The position numbers and the translations under genes were made by a program. Below the pieces are notes generated by a model that saw only the letters and a program-made list of their open reading frames with translations, searched no databases and was not told the origin of the DNA. A stretch of 38,102 bases of DNA, taken from positions 1-38,102 of the forward strand of contig DF237694.1 in assembly GCA_000708835.1 (NCBI GenBank). Direction: 5' to 3'. Shown here in pieces: positions 1 through 10,300 of this stretch (the first letter of the stretch is position 1; each line of letters starts with the position of its first letter). This DNA comes from Klebsormidium nitens (taxonomy: Eukaryota > Plantae > Klebsormidiophyceae).

Positions 1-1021
1 GGCAGCGTGTGACCCTGTCCAACCGTCACAAATGAGCAAACAGTCTCTCGTCGGTGTCGCACACAACAACTCAATCGAGCCGATCCCCTCTGCCCACAAG
101 CTTCCCTTGTCCTCAGACGTAATTCTCGGCCACTCCCCCTGGAACATCTCGAGGGTTTCAAATAGGCTCTTGTCCTTGGTTAGGTACTAGTAGCTACCTG
201 ACTCTCGACGAGCCACTTGTCGGCAGCTAGCCCCTCAATCACGCTGAAAGCCACTCCCTTGGAAGGGTTCCCTTCTTTGCTCCAGTTTGAGCTCCCGCCT
301 ATCCTGCTTGCTGCACTTCCGGGCAACATGATCAAAGTTCATCAAACACACCGCAATTGTAGCACTTAGGCCCCTTGCTCCGGCTCTTATCCTTGCCGTG
401 GCTCTTCTCCTTGCTCCCTTTCTGCTGGGGGACATAAGCCACAAAGAGTCCGACCCACCACCGCCCTATTCCTTGGGCAACCGAAACCCTTGCTCATGCA
501 CCAAGAGCTTGCGGCAAAATCGCATCCACCGAGCTCAAGCCGCCCTCCAAAGCCTTTAAAATTGTTCTTAGGGTACTGAACGAGCTCGGCAACCCCGCAA
601 GCACGCTTCAAGCCAGCTCATCCGGCTTCAGCTTGAACCCGGTAGCTGTCAAGTTCCCAAACAAATCCTTTGCCCAAGCCATGTATCACGGGCTCACCCG
701 ACTTCATCTCTTGAGAGAATGCAACTCTTGCCTGAGCTGCATTAAGTTCCTTGCATTGGATTTGTTCTTATAGATCTTCTCAAGGAGATCCCAAACCTCC
801 TTTGCACTCTTGCACGCCTCAATCGTCCTCAAATGATGGACTCAACGTTCAGCCCAATTGATGACGGACAACGCTTGATCGTTGATCTGACTCTGCATGC
901 TCCTCGGGATCCGTCACTCCGTCCCATAGATCCTTGGACGTTAACAAAAAGTTGATCACATGACTCCAATTGATGTAGTTGTCTACGTCAAGCTTGTCAA
1001 TGTGGATTTTGAACCCGTCAG
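1..1021 (-). mobile_element. Degenerate Ty1/copia retrotransposon gag-protease coding relic (continues past the left edge)
   Basis: The minus strand reads, across frameshifts and stops: gag N-terminus TDGFKIHIDKLDVDNYINWSHVINFLLTSKDLWDGV, then UBN2-type gag VESHHLRTIEACKSAKEVWDLLEKIYKNKSNARNLMQLRQELHSLKMKSGE, a CCHC knuckle KCYNCG..HVARKC (~320-360), a decayed protease motif WLV(D)SG(A)TS(H)LTKDKSLFETL (~155-220), and LWAEGIGSIEL (~70-105). Family assignment is from recognition of copia motifs. Confidence 0.9.
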
Positions 1022-1524
1022 CAGTGTTTCCCCTGCCGGCCCACTCTCTGGTAAATTGGCCGGCAATGGTCAAACCGCGCCGGCAATGGGGGCCGGCCTC
1101 CGGCCCATCCGGCCGGCATTGCGGGGCCCGGGCCGGCCTTTTGGGCCGGCGATGAAAGTTCATAGCCGGCCCTGTCATCGTACTCATTGTGTACAATGAT
1201 CAGGATTTCAGGAGATTTTAAAATTTTGATTGACCATCCCCTGGGGACTATGGCCAAAACTAGCCCAAATTGAACCCCTCGGTAGGACAGGTAGGAAGTT
1301 GGTCAAAAATTTCACACGTAGATATAGCTAGAGACTTATGAAAGACTGCGAAACTGAAGCAGATATTGAAAAAGTCGAATATATGGGGTGTATGCGCAGA
1401 AATTCCATACATTTCGCCGGAACTTGGGCTGGCAATGGCGACCACGGCCCGGCCCAACGGGCCGACAAACTCAGACCCCGGCCGGCCCGGCGGCCAGCAA
1501 TAAAACTAATTAGGGGAAACACTG
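1022..1524. mobile_element. Non-autonomous hAT-superfamily MITE (503 bp) inserted in the copia gag start
   Basis: Perfect 13-bp TIRs: CAGTGTTTCCCCT (1022-1034) and AGGGGAAACACTG (1512-1524). 8-bp TSD with one mismatch: CCCGTCAG (1014-1021) and TCCGTCAG (1525-1532). Many subterminal GCCGGC motifs at both ends. CAGTG TIRs with an 8-bp TSD are hAT hallmarks. Confidence 0.9.
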
Positions 1525-1889
1525 TCCGTCAGTCAATTTAGGGTTTGTTTTCCTTTTTTCTCTTTCTCGAAGCCAAAGGTGGAAAATTTACGTTTAGGCT
1601 TCCCCCCCCATTTGATCCCCCTTCTGGGGCTTTTAAGTACGGTCACTTGGCTCAAAGAGCACCCGTAATATAGCAGACTGCTTCCACCGATGCCTTCATT
1701 GACAAGAGAGAACCATAGGCTGCATGATTTGCACCGCGTTTTGCCCCTTCTCCTCAGTGACGGAACGTGGTTTCCTTCCATGCGGATTCCGCGTGTCGCC
1801 TACTCAATGGCTACAAGTGAAAGAGACCGTTTCCTTACCAACGTTGTTGCGCCACGGAGAGCACCTTAGCGTCCTTTTTCTCTACGCCG
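1525..1889 (-). mobile_element. Copia 5' leader/UTR between the primer site and gag
   Basis: Lies between the PBS at 1890-1902 and the MITE-interrupted gag start. Removing the MITE restores ...AAACCCTAAA TTG ACT GAC GGG TTC AAA (probable decayed start codon followed by TDGFK). Confidence 0.65.
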
Positions 1890-1902
1890 TGGGCCCATAA
1901 TC
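1890..1902 (-). promoter_or_regulatory. Primer-binding site, half-tRNAiMet type
   Basis: The minus strand reads GATTATGGGCCCA directly after the LTR end ...TTTCAACA. This is 12/13 identical to the Drosophila copia-type PBS GGTTATGGGCCCA (recalled sequence). Confidence 0.8.
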
Positions 1903-2258
1903 TGTTGAAACATTGCATTGTTGAAGTGATATTCACACGACTCATATGGAAAGTTCTGAGTCACGGCCTTGAGTCTAGGTCTACACTCTAGCCTAGTAAG
2001 CTCAGTGGACCGTCACCTAGTACGTCCAAAATTTTCACTTTTTTCGTACATTAACGGCTATTATGAAACCTACGATTATCGCCAAGTCATTCGGGTGTAA
2101 GGCTGTAACCCGCGCACAAAGTTTGACGTGTACTTCCGTAAGTGCTAGTTACCGTCGAATTGCCGTCGACGTCAACGTCGACGTCGTTACCGTCGACGTC
2201 GTTTCTAAAACCCTAGAATCATCGAGAGATTCGGTCCGTAGATGCCCGTATCTCAACA
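1903..2258 (-). mobile_element. 5' LTR of the copia element (~356 bp)
   Basis: Has TGTTGA...TCAACA termini, directly abuts the PBS, and contains three GTCGACGTC repeats (2165-2200). Confidence 0.75.
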
Positions 2259-3157
2259 ACCTGCAAGCATTTACTCAGCCCGCGGACTGAATATGATGGA
2301 GCCACTTCACACCCTCCGCTGGTTCTGCTGTCCACAATTTCCTAGAGGCCTTCCGCTGCCGCGTCCAAGGCGGCTCGTCCGCAGACGTAGCCTTCTTCGT
2401 CGTCCGACCTAGTGTACAGACTTTATGAGAGATTTGAAGTAGATGAGCGGGCAAACTATAGAACCTTGAGGTGAAATAAGCTTAGAACTTCTGCGTCTCT
2501 TAACGGACGCAGAGGTTACGTATTTCGCTCCCGGCTTATTTTTAGGGTTTTATTTTGTTTTCCATCATTTCCACAGTCCGAGTATTTTCTTTTTCCATCA
2601 CAATACCATTACGACGTATGGTGTGACCGTGATACAAACCTAATACGTGTAGCACTAGTGCTGCGGACAAGCATGGCATTTGCGAATTCACTTATCGAAC
2701 GGACCCGATTGCCCGTCGAGTATCTAGTCGGGCCGGGTAGGCAGAGCAGATCGTACGGCCTACGACTCACATAATTGGTCACATGAATGAAACTAGTATC
2801 AAACGGCTTGCGACCATTGCGCCGGCTCAAATAAGACATGCAATCTACTCAAACCCATTGTATAAGAAAGGCGGCGGCTTGAAACATTTTGTACTGACGG
2901 TGTTATATGGCAAGCTCGGTTGCCTAAACTCTTTTCGCGCCACATATGGAAATCTCGGATATTTACGCCCCAGAAAACGTACTTAATGCGGATCGCACTC
3001 ACAGTTCGACGACCGGGCTGCCCTAGCAAGTTGCGACGTCGTAAAGCACAATTTTTCGTATCCACTTCACTGGGCTTTCGCCATTTTCAACAACGCGAGC
3101 GTGCGCGTGCACTGCTACTAGATCCGCCAATTTGCAGATTTGCAAATAAAATCAACA

Positions 3158-3537
3158 TGTAGAGAATGGAATACCAAAAATTGAAACCCAAAAAACCGAT
3201 GAGATTTGGGCATTTGTGAGCGGGATCTCTTAGGTGACGTCGACGGGAGTTCGACCGGTAGTAAACTGTTGGCGGCTATAAATGCGCGCGGATTATAGCG
3301 TTACATCCCCACTGAATCCGTTGAGATAACCGCCGTAATGAGTATATTCAATAGTAGATTATGATAGTAGCCGTAGATATTTAATTCTGCACAAAAAGTT
3401 TGGACTTGCTTATCCGCGGTCAACTCGGAGCCTACTAGGCTATCAATTTAGCCTTCTAGACTAAGAGTGTCACTCTACTTATAGCATAGCATTCAGACTA
3501 CATAGCTTTAGCGCCGCTAGACTCCGATGTCTCAACT
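3158..3537 (+). mobile_element. Second LTR, diverged homologue of the 1903-2258 LTR, in opposite orientation
   Basis: Collinear shared blocks with the sense strand of LTR1: GACGTCGACGG..TTCGAC, TTTGGAC, GAGC(C/T)TACTAGGCTA, CTAGACT, and the end TGT(C/T)TCAAC. It is followed by AA+TGGCGGTGTGTG (PBS-like spacing). The left boundary (TGTAGA at 3158) is approximate. Confidence 0.6.
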
Positions 3538-3590
3538 AATGGCGGTGTGTGAACTTGATCATTCAATCATTCATTCCCCAGACAACGCAT

Positions 3591-3615
3591 CTCTAAAACC
3601 CTAAAACCCTAAAAC
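3591..3615 (+). repeat. Short interstitial telomere-like repeat (CCCTAAAA)n / telo-boxes
   Basis: CTCTAAAACCCTAAAACCCTAAAAC, the reverse complement of TTTTAGGG units. Confidence 0.6.
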
Positions 3616-3980
3616 ATGAAGATGGCAAGGAGTAGAATTCACGTAAAACTTTGCAATGCTAGAATTGGATGAAGTATGAAAAGAGCAAGTTCATCATTGA
3701 TTGTGCAGTGTACGTCCTTGTACATGAAATACTTGTAGATTTTCGCGTGCTCTTTCCTTTGAACGGCAAAAACTTCAAACTGCTAATACAAGCTCCGATT
3801 CAGAGGCCAACTTAATCCATCGAAGTATCCAGAGGAGAATAACGACATGAGAAGAAAGATAAGAGAATAGTCCACATGCCTAGGGTGGCCTCGAACAGAC
3901 CGCAAATCGTTCAATCAATCAATAATGGTGAGCTTACAAGTGAACTGCTCACAAAACATTTATGTACCATTTACTTGCAC

Positions 3981-4156
3981 GTTTGCTTGCATAGCTACTC
4001 GTACTATGATAATAGCTAGAAGTGTGGTGAAATGTAGCTCTAATTCAACTTTGCATGATCGCATGTTTGCTTGTATAGCTAGTACTGTGATCATAGGTGA
4101 TAATGGCTATAAGTGTGGTGAAATACAGCTGGATTTTCTACCTTTGCATGATCGCA
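3981..4156 (+). repeat. Diverged tandem duplication (~84-92 bp units)
   Basis: Units 3981-4063 and 4065-4156 share GTTTGCTTG.ATAGCTA, AAGTGTGGTGAAAT and CTTTGCATGATCGCA. Confidence 0.7.
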
Positions 4157-4391
4157 AACAACCCTTCATGCAAGGCATACCCTGATGAGTATTGAGATTT
4201 TTTTCCCTCACCCAGGATTACGAAAGTTGCACCAAGTTCCAAGCAGGTACAGTTTCCAAATCCAATTACTTACATAAAACACAAGAATCTAGACAATCCA
4301 AGTTAGTTGTTAGTAGTTCTGTGGCAAAGGTGGCAAGGCTCATCGTCAAGAAGGTACCAAAGCTGGGCAATACATGCTTGCGTTTGCACAA

Positions 4392-7300
4392 TCAAGCACC
4401 CAAAGCCACGTCATCATCAATCTCCATGTGAATTCTACCCGCCTTGGCTTCCCCTTTAGAAAGAAGATTGACCTGCAAGGAATGAAATCTACATTCGACA
4501 ACCATTGATGGGTTTGTTTGGTGACCTTGCGATGCTTGAACGAAGCTAAGCAAGATACAATGATTCTCAAGAAGCATGTATCCTAGTTAGTATCCTCGTT
4601 CGAAGGTAACATTGTAAAAGTTGGACAAATCTCCTGCACGATGTCACTATTCTTCGCAGAAAGATTACCCTCCCTAGGTTGCTAACCTCTTCTGGGATGT
4701 GGATGTGCAATAGAAGCTGGCGCCAACAGGTGGCATCACACCTTAATGTGGGGCAACAAGTGATCTTCGTTGCCACGTGGCTCACCTTAACAATCTCGGA
4801 CCTTGCATTCGGTGTATTGTACGCAGCAAGGACAGAGAAGTGGAAATCCTGGAGAAGAAAAAGGAGGAGATCATTTTAGGGTGAGATTTTGCCAGTCCCG
4901 AAAATATAGCACCAAGACGAGCATGGACACTACGAATTCAAGCAATGAAGGCACAAAGCGTTGCAAGTCGCATTGTCTCCTCACCCGGAACGGGTCCCCC
5001 CGCAACGACTGCACATACAGCGACCCCTTCATGGCCCGCCCCTCGAGCGTCACATCGCGCAGGCGGCGGCCCGTCCTGGCGCAGCAGAGGCGGACCACGT
5101 TCTCCTCGCAGCTGCCACTGATGATGTAGTCACGCCCATTCATATAGTAGCTGCACACACGTCCCAAAACGCGTCAGCCCAAATAGCAGCTGAGGGCGTC
5201 GGCGCCTGGATTCCCTCATTTGTTCCCGCTTTTGTGGGATTCTTCCGCCTTTTAGGCGCTCGCACGTCTCGAGTTGGCAGCTTCTGCCTGGCTAAGTTGA
5301 AGCTGGGGAGGTTGACCCTCAAAGGATTGCGGACCCGACCCCTGGCCTGTCTTGAAACCACATCAATCTGTCAGTGCGAGCGCCGTACCTGCGCGTGTAG
5401 TTGTGCGTGGACCCGGTAGGCGCCAGGTCGAAGGTCAGGTGCGGCCGGCCGTCGGCGGCGCAGTGCTGGCGGACCTGAAGAAAAGGGTGACGCGACATGA
5501 CGTGGCCGTTGTTGGACACCGGACACCAGCTCAATGCCGTCTCAGCACACCGTCCAAAGACCACCTTAACACCCTCTCCACAATTGAAGCACTATGCTTG
5601 ACGCCGGTCTGTTTGACAAGGCTTTTGAGGACAAAACGTCTCCAAACGAGCCTCCCACCCGCAACCCTCCAAGTGTCGGACTTGTTGAAATCAGAAATTC
5701 GTGTGCACCGATATGGCAACAAGACTGCGGCGGAGCACTTACTTCGTTGTCGACCGCGCTGCTGAGCAGGAACGCGTCGTCGGGGCTGAAGCAGCACATG
5801 ACGTTGCCCTTGCTGCTGCGCACCGTGTACAGCGGCCGCACCGCCGGCATGCGCAGGTCCCACATCTGCGTACAATAGGGCCCGCTCAGCACTGCGCACT
5901 CCGGCAATGGCAGTCTACTCTGAGCACTTCGGCAAAGGTCGTCCGATCGCTGAACCCACAGTTGATGTGCTCAATTTAACATTTCAGCATGATTTCCCAA
6001 ATTACAATTGTGCCCCTTTCGCTGCCATGGTAGGGGCCGCCCCTGTGCATGGCAGACGAAGTCCCAGCGGGCAGCGACGAGCGAGGCGGCGGCGCTGACC
6101 TTGATGTCCTTGTCAAAGGAGGAGGTGACGAAGAGGGAGGGGCTGTGGTGCGCGAACTTGAGCACGTTGATGTGCTCGCGGTGCAGGTCCTGCGCAGCAC
6201 AACGAACCGCCCGCATCAGCAACAGCGTGAGCGAGCATCACACCAGCAGCAGCATGCGGGAGCATCAGCAAACATTCCGCTCGCGTCAGCAGCACCCATC
6301 TCTCTCATCAGCAGCCAGCCTCCTTGCAGCACATTGAGGGGCAGCCCCCGCATGACCAGCCGTAGCAGGGCGCCGGGCAGGCGGGCGAATGGGAGCTGCG
6401 CTTGGCCCTGAGAGGCGGGGGGTGAGGGGCGGAATGGGGCGGACGCACACCTGGAAGGTCTGGACGCGCTTGCCGGTGTTGATGTCGTAGAGGCCGATGT
6501 GGCTGGAGTAGCCGCTGGCCAGGAACACCTGGTCCGTGCAGTTGACGTGCACCGACGTCAGCTGCTCAAACGCGGCGTACCTGCACAGCAACACACGCGC
6601 GCAGGGTCAAGGCCCGGAAGAGGGACGCAGCAGCCACAGCGACAGCCTGCGAGCGCAGAAGGGGGCCCACGCGGGCTGCCTCGCAGTGGCTTCGAAGGGG
6701 GCCACGGAGACGGAATTCGCAGAGGGCCGCAGCTTACGTCTGGGTGGCTGCCTCTGTGGCGTAGGTCCCTCCTCCAGTGGCCAGGCGAGCTAGGGCGGAG
6801 TCAGGGGCAAGCGGCTGCGCGAGGCGCGGACACCGGCGGGCTGCGGCCAGCAGGGAGGCGCGCATCCTGTCGACGTCGATCATCTGGATGGCGCCGTTGT
6901 CACACCCGGCAATCAGCTGCATACAGACACTCGCTCAGGCAGGCACGGGCGAAGAGCGGGCGCCGGCACAGCAGCAAAACAGGGGACTAGTAGCTGGTAC
7001 TGTAGGCGAGTGGACAGCTTTAATCACGAGGCAAGGACGCTGGAGCTGCGTGCGCGCGGGCGTTGGAGGCTGACCTTGGCCGGGTGCGTGTTGAGCCAGG
7101 AGAGGCCGAGCACGGAGTGCGGCGCGCCGGCCGTGTGCACGCGGCCGACGAGCTGCTGCGTCTCGTGGTTGAGCACCACCACCTCCCCGCTCAGCGTGCC
7201 CAGCACCATGAGCCCCGCCACGCGCGGGCTGTACTCAAACTGCCGCGGCCGGTACCGCCGCCCCGCCTCAGCCACGGGCGCCACCACGCCGCTGAGCGCC

Positions 7301-10300
7301 CCCATGGCCGGCCACACGCTGCGCGCCGCCACCGCCCCGCCCAGCGTGCGCCGCAACGCCAGGCACGACGGGCCGCGGCCCCCAGAGCCCACCTCGCGAC
7401 CTCGCATGGCGGCCAGAACCCGCCCCGAGTGGCAGTCTTGGGGAGGGGGGCCAGCAAAGTGGTCCCGGTACGCCTGCACACAGAATCGCAAGCTTGGGGT
7501 CAGCCGGACAGGCATGCAGGGATTGAAACGAAGCGGTGAAGCAGGAGAGGCGGCGGCTGTCTTGCAGAAGAGAGTGGTGTGCCCCGTTTACTGCAGGCAG
7601 CACTTGGAGTCAGTGCTCACTTCGTGCTTGCCACTTGACGCCGGAGCTACTCACCGCGGATGCCTGTTCTCGCTCTGTGGCGGCAACGCGCTTGTTGTCC
7701 AGCACCGTCAGCGATGGCAGGTGCACCTGCACCACCCCCCACGCCACCATCAGTCACGGCTCCACCAGAGATGCAAAACCTCCTTCGGAAGCAAAGCATA
7801 ACGTTTAGAACTTACCAGGCATCTCTTCCCCTCGCTTGCACTGGTCTTGCCCGACACCACATCCGGTGCGAGCATTGCTTGCGGCCCGAGTTGCCTCCCC
7901 TCGTGCTTTCCCCCAGTAACTCACCAGCATGAACGTGCGGTACTGCTGCTCCGCGCAGATGGGCGACACCTCCACGTAGCTGGCCGCCCCGCCCTCCCCT
8001 CTCTCCTCCGCCACACTCCCCGGGAACCCTGCTTCTGCCATTGCGTCCTGCTCAGGCGCCCCACTCGTGTCATCCCCTCCGATGTGCCCCCTGCGATCCT
8101 GGCCTGCATCATGCTCCATTGCTTCGCCGTGGCCCTCCCGGCCCTCCTGCTGCTCGACCCGGTCATTCCAGCCCCCATGCCGCGACGGCCCCGCTTCCGC
8201 TGAGCACGTGGCTGCGTCCTGGTCATCCCAGGCTGCCCCCAGCGTGAGGCTGCTGGCCCCGCTGTCAGAGAAGTCCCCGCTCAGGCTCGACTCTGCGCGC
8301 AGCAGGGGCGTGAAGAAGCGCTCGTCGGGGGCCCCCGCTTCCTCCTGCAGTGCGTCGGTGAGGTCCAGCAGGTGGCGCGACAGGAACGGCCGCGGCGTGG
8401 CGTACACCTCGCCGTCGTCGCCCTCCTCCTCCACCGCGCTCGCAGCGCTGCCCTCCGACACCTCCACCAGCCTGCACAGCGAAAAAGGGAGCACACCGAG
8501 GTCAGCGCACAACATCAGACAACTGGTCAGCAAAGCAGGCAAGCTTCAGAGGGCGATGTGATGGCTTCCGGTTGGAGCAGGAGCTGTACAAGGGGGGCCC
8601 TCACATGGGGATGGAGTCGTCTTCCGAGAGAGGCGGCAGGGAGGCGGGGGAGTCGCGGTCGTCCGCAAAGCTGTCCTCATCCGCCAGGGCTGTGGCCCAC
8701 TGCAGCAGAGGCACGCACACAACTGATCAAGAAGGATTGCGTCGGTTCCAGCGGGGCAGTGGCCGCAGGGTCTCGAATTGCATGGCAGACAAGTTGTGGG
8801 TATAAGGGGGGCAAGTTCAGCCTGCCTACAGTAGTCCGAATGGCTCGGCTGGTGATACGCACCTGAAGAGGCAGGGGTCGCTGGTGAGGGGCAGGCGGAA
8901 GCGGAGAGCGGGGAGCGGCGGGGCGGCCAGTGCAGGCAGCCGTGGTGGCGGGGGCACAGCAGGCACACCTGCAGCAAGCCAAAGGCAGGGTCAGGGGTGG
9001 AAAGTATGCAGCAAGGGGAGTAGCGCTGACAGGAACGCCTTCTAGCTGCACATGATGAGCTCCGGCCAAGCCCAAAAAGACGATGTCTTGCTGGCACAGG
9101 TGCGGGGCGGGCCGGCGCGGGGTACCTTTGAAGGGCGAGCTGGCGCAGGGAGGTGAGGGGGGCGAGCGCAGCGCACGTGGTCCACAGGTTGGCCAGGCCA
9201 GAGGCACACAGGCTCAGGCTGGTCAGCTGGGGCAATGCGGGGAAACAGGCCTGTGGAGGGGGGGGGGAGAGGGAGAAGCATATGGTTAGCACAGCGCAAA
9301 AGCTGGCCAAGGGTACTGTGCCAACAAGCAGCGGATACATGGCCACCGAGGAAATTGTCTGAAATGCAGAGGGCATTGTACGAAGCACGTCAACTCAACA
9401 GTGATCGAGGTGGATGTCAATGCAGTGCACGGTAGGGGCGGGCATTGTCTTTCAGGGGCCTGGCAGCACTCTGGTAGACTGCGTGGCGCGCGTGGGCTGC
9501 GTACTGACCTGCGTGAGGTTCTGGATGCCGGGGTTGGCGTCCAGCACGAGGGTGGTCAGCACTGCGAAGCTGGGCCCCAGGCCCAGTTTGCCGCGCAGGT
9601 TGCGGCACGCGCTGAGGTCCAGGCTGGTGCACGCCAGGCCGTCCTGCAGCAGCGCCTTGACGCTGCTGCGCCCCAGCCAGGTGCCGCGCAGGCACACGGC
9701 GCGCAACCGAGGGCCGGCCAGGCGCAGGGCAGCCAGCACGGTGCGAGCAGCGGGGGGGCTGAAGGCGGCATCGCACATGTTGACGTCAAGAGGGTGGCGG
9801 GTGTGCAACACAATCTGCGCAGAGACACGCACAAGGAGCATCACCGTCAGCCAGGCAAGGCTGGTCCGGGAGGGATCCCCGATGGGACAGCGGGCCAGCC
9901 TGGCAGGACAGGGACAATGGGGATCAGAGCAACACTGTTGGAGAAGTGGAGAAGGTTGCCACTGATGCTGCAGTTCAGGGTTGCCCGGGTGACTCCGTGC
10001 AGTCACTGTGTGGATGCAGAGTGGTGTACCTGGTAGAAGACGTCGGCGTCTGCATCCTGGGCGAGGTTGAAGCAGAGGCGCAGCGTGTCCTGGCCATCCG
10101 CCATCTGGGGGTAGCAGCAGGCAGCCATCAGAGGGGAGAACAGGGGGGGAGAGCGAACCCTGGGGCCTAAGGGAGGCCGTGCAAGGGCTGAGCGCAAAGG
10201 AATCGCTGGGCTGGGCTCCAAATGAAGCCGTCAGAGGCCCCGCGCCTGTTCCACGGCGCGTGCTCACCTGTGCCAATGCCGAGAGCCAGGGCTGCGGGGC

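Noticed and set aside
2165-2200. Three GTCGACGTC repeats as a CRISPR-like or iteron array
   Set aside because: The units are 9 bp with 3-6 bp spacers inside an LTR of a eukaryotic genome, which is not CRISPR geometry.
1960-3475. Apparent long terminal inverted repeats suggesting one Mutator-like element
   Set aside because: Better explained as two homologous LTRs in opposite orientation, since each has LTR-like ends and its own PBS.
4871-4984. Read-through ending of DHU1 (…GDPFRVRRQCDLQ…)
   Set aside because: A GT donor after GDPFR and two downstream exons (DFHFSVLAAY…, VNLL…) match the family C-terminus.
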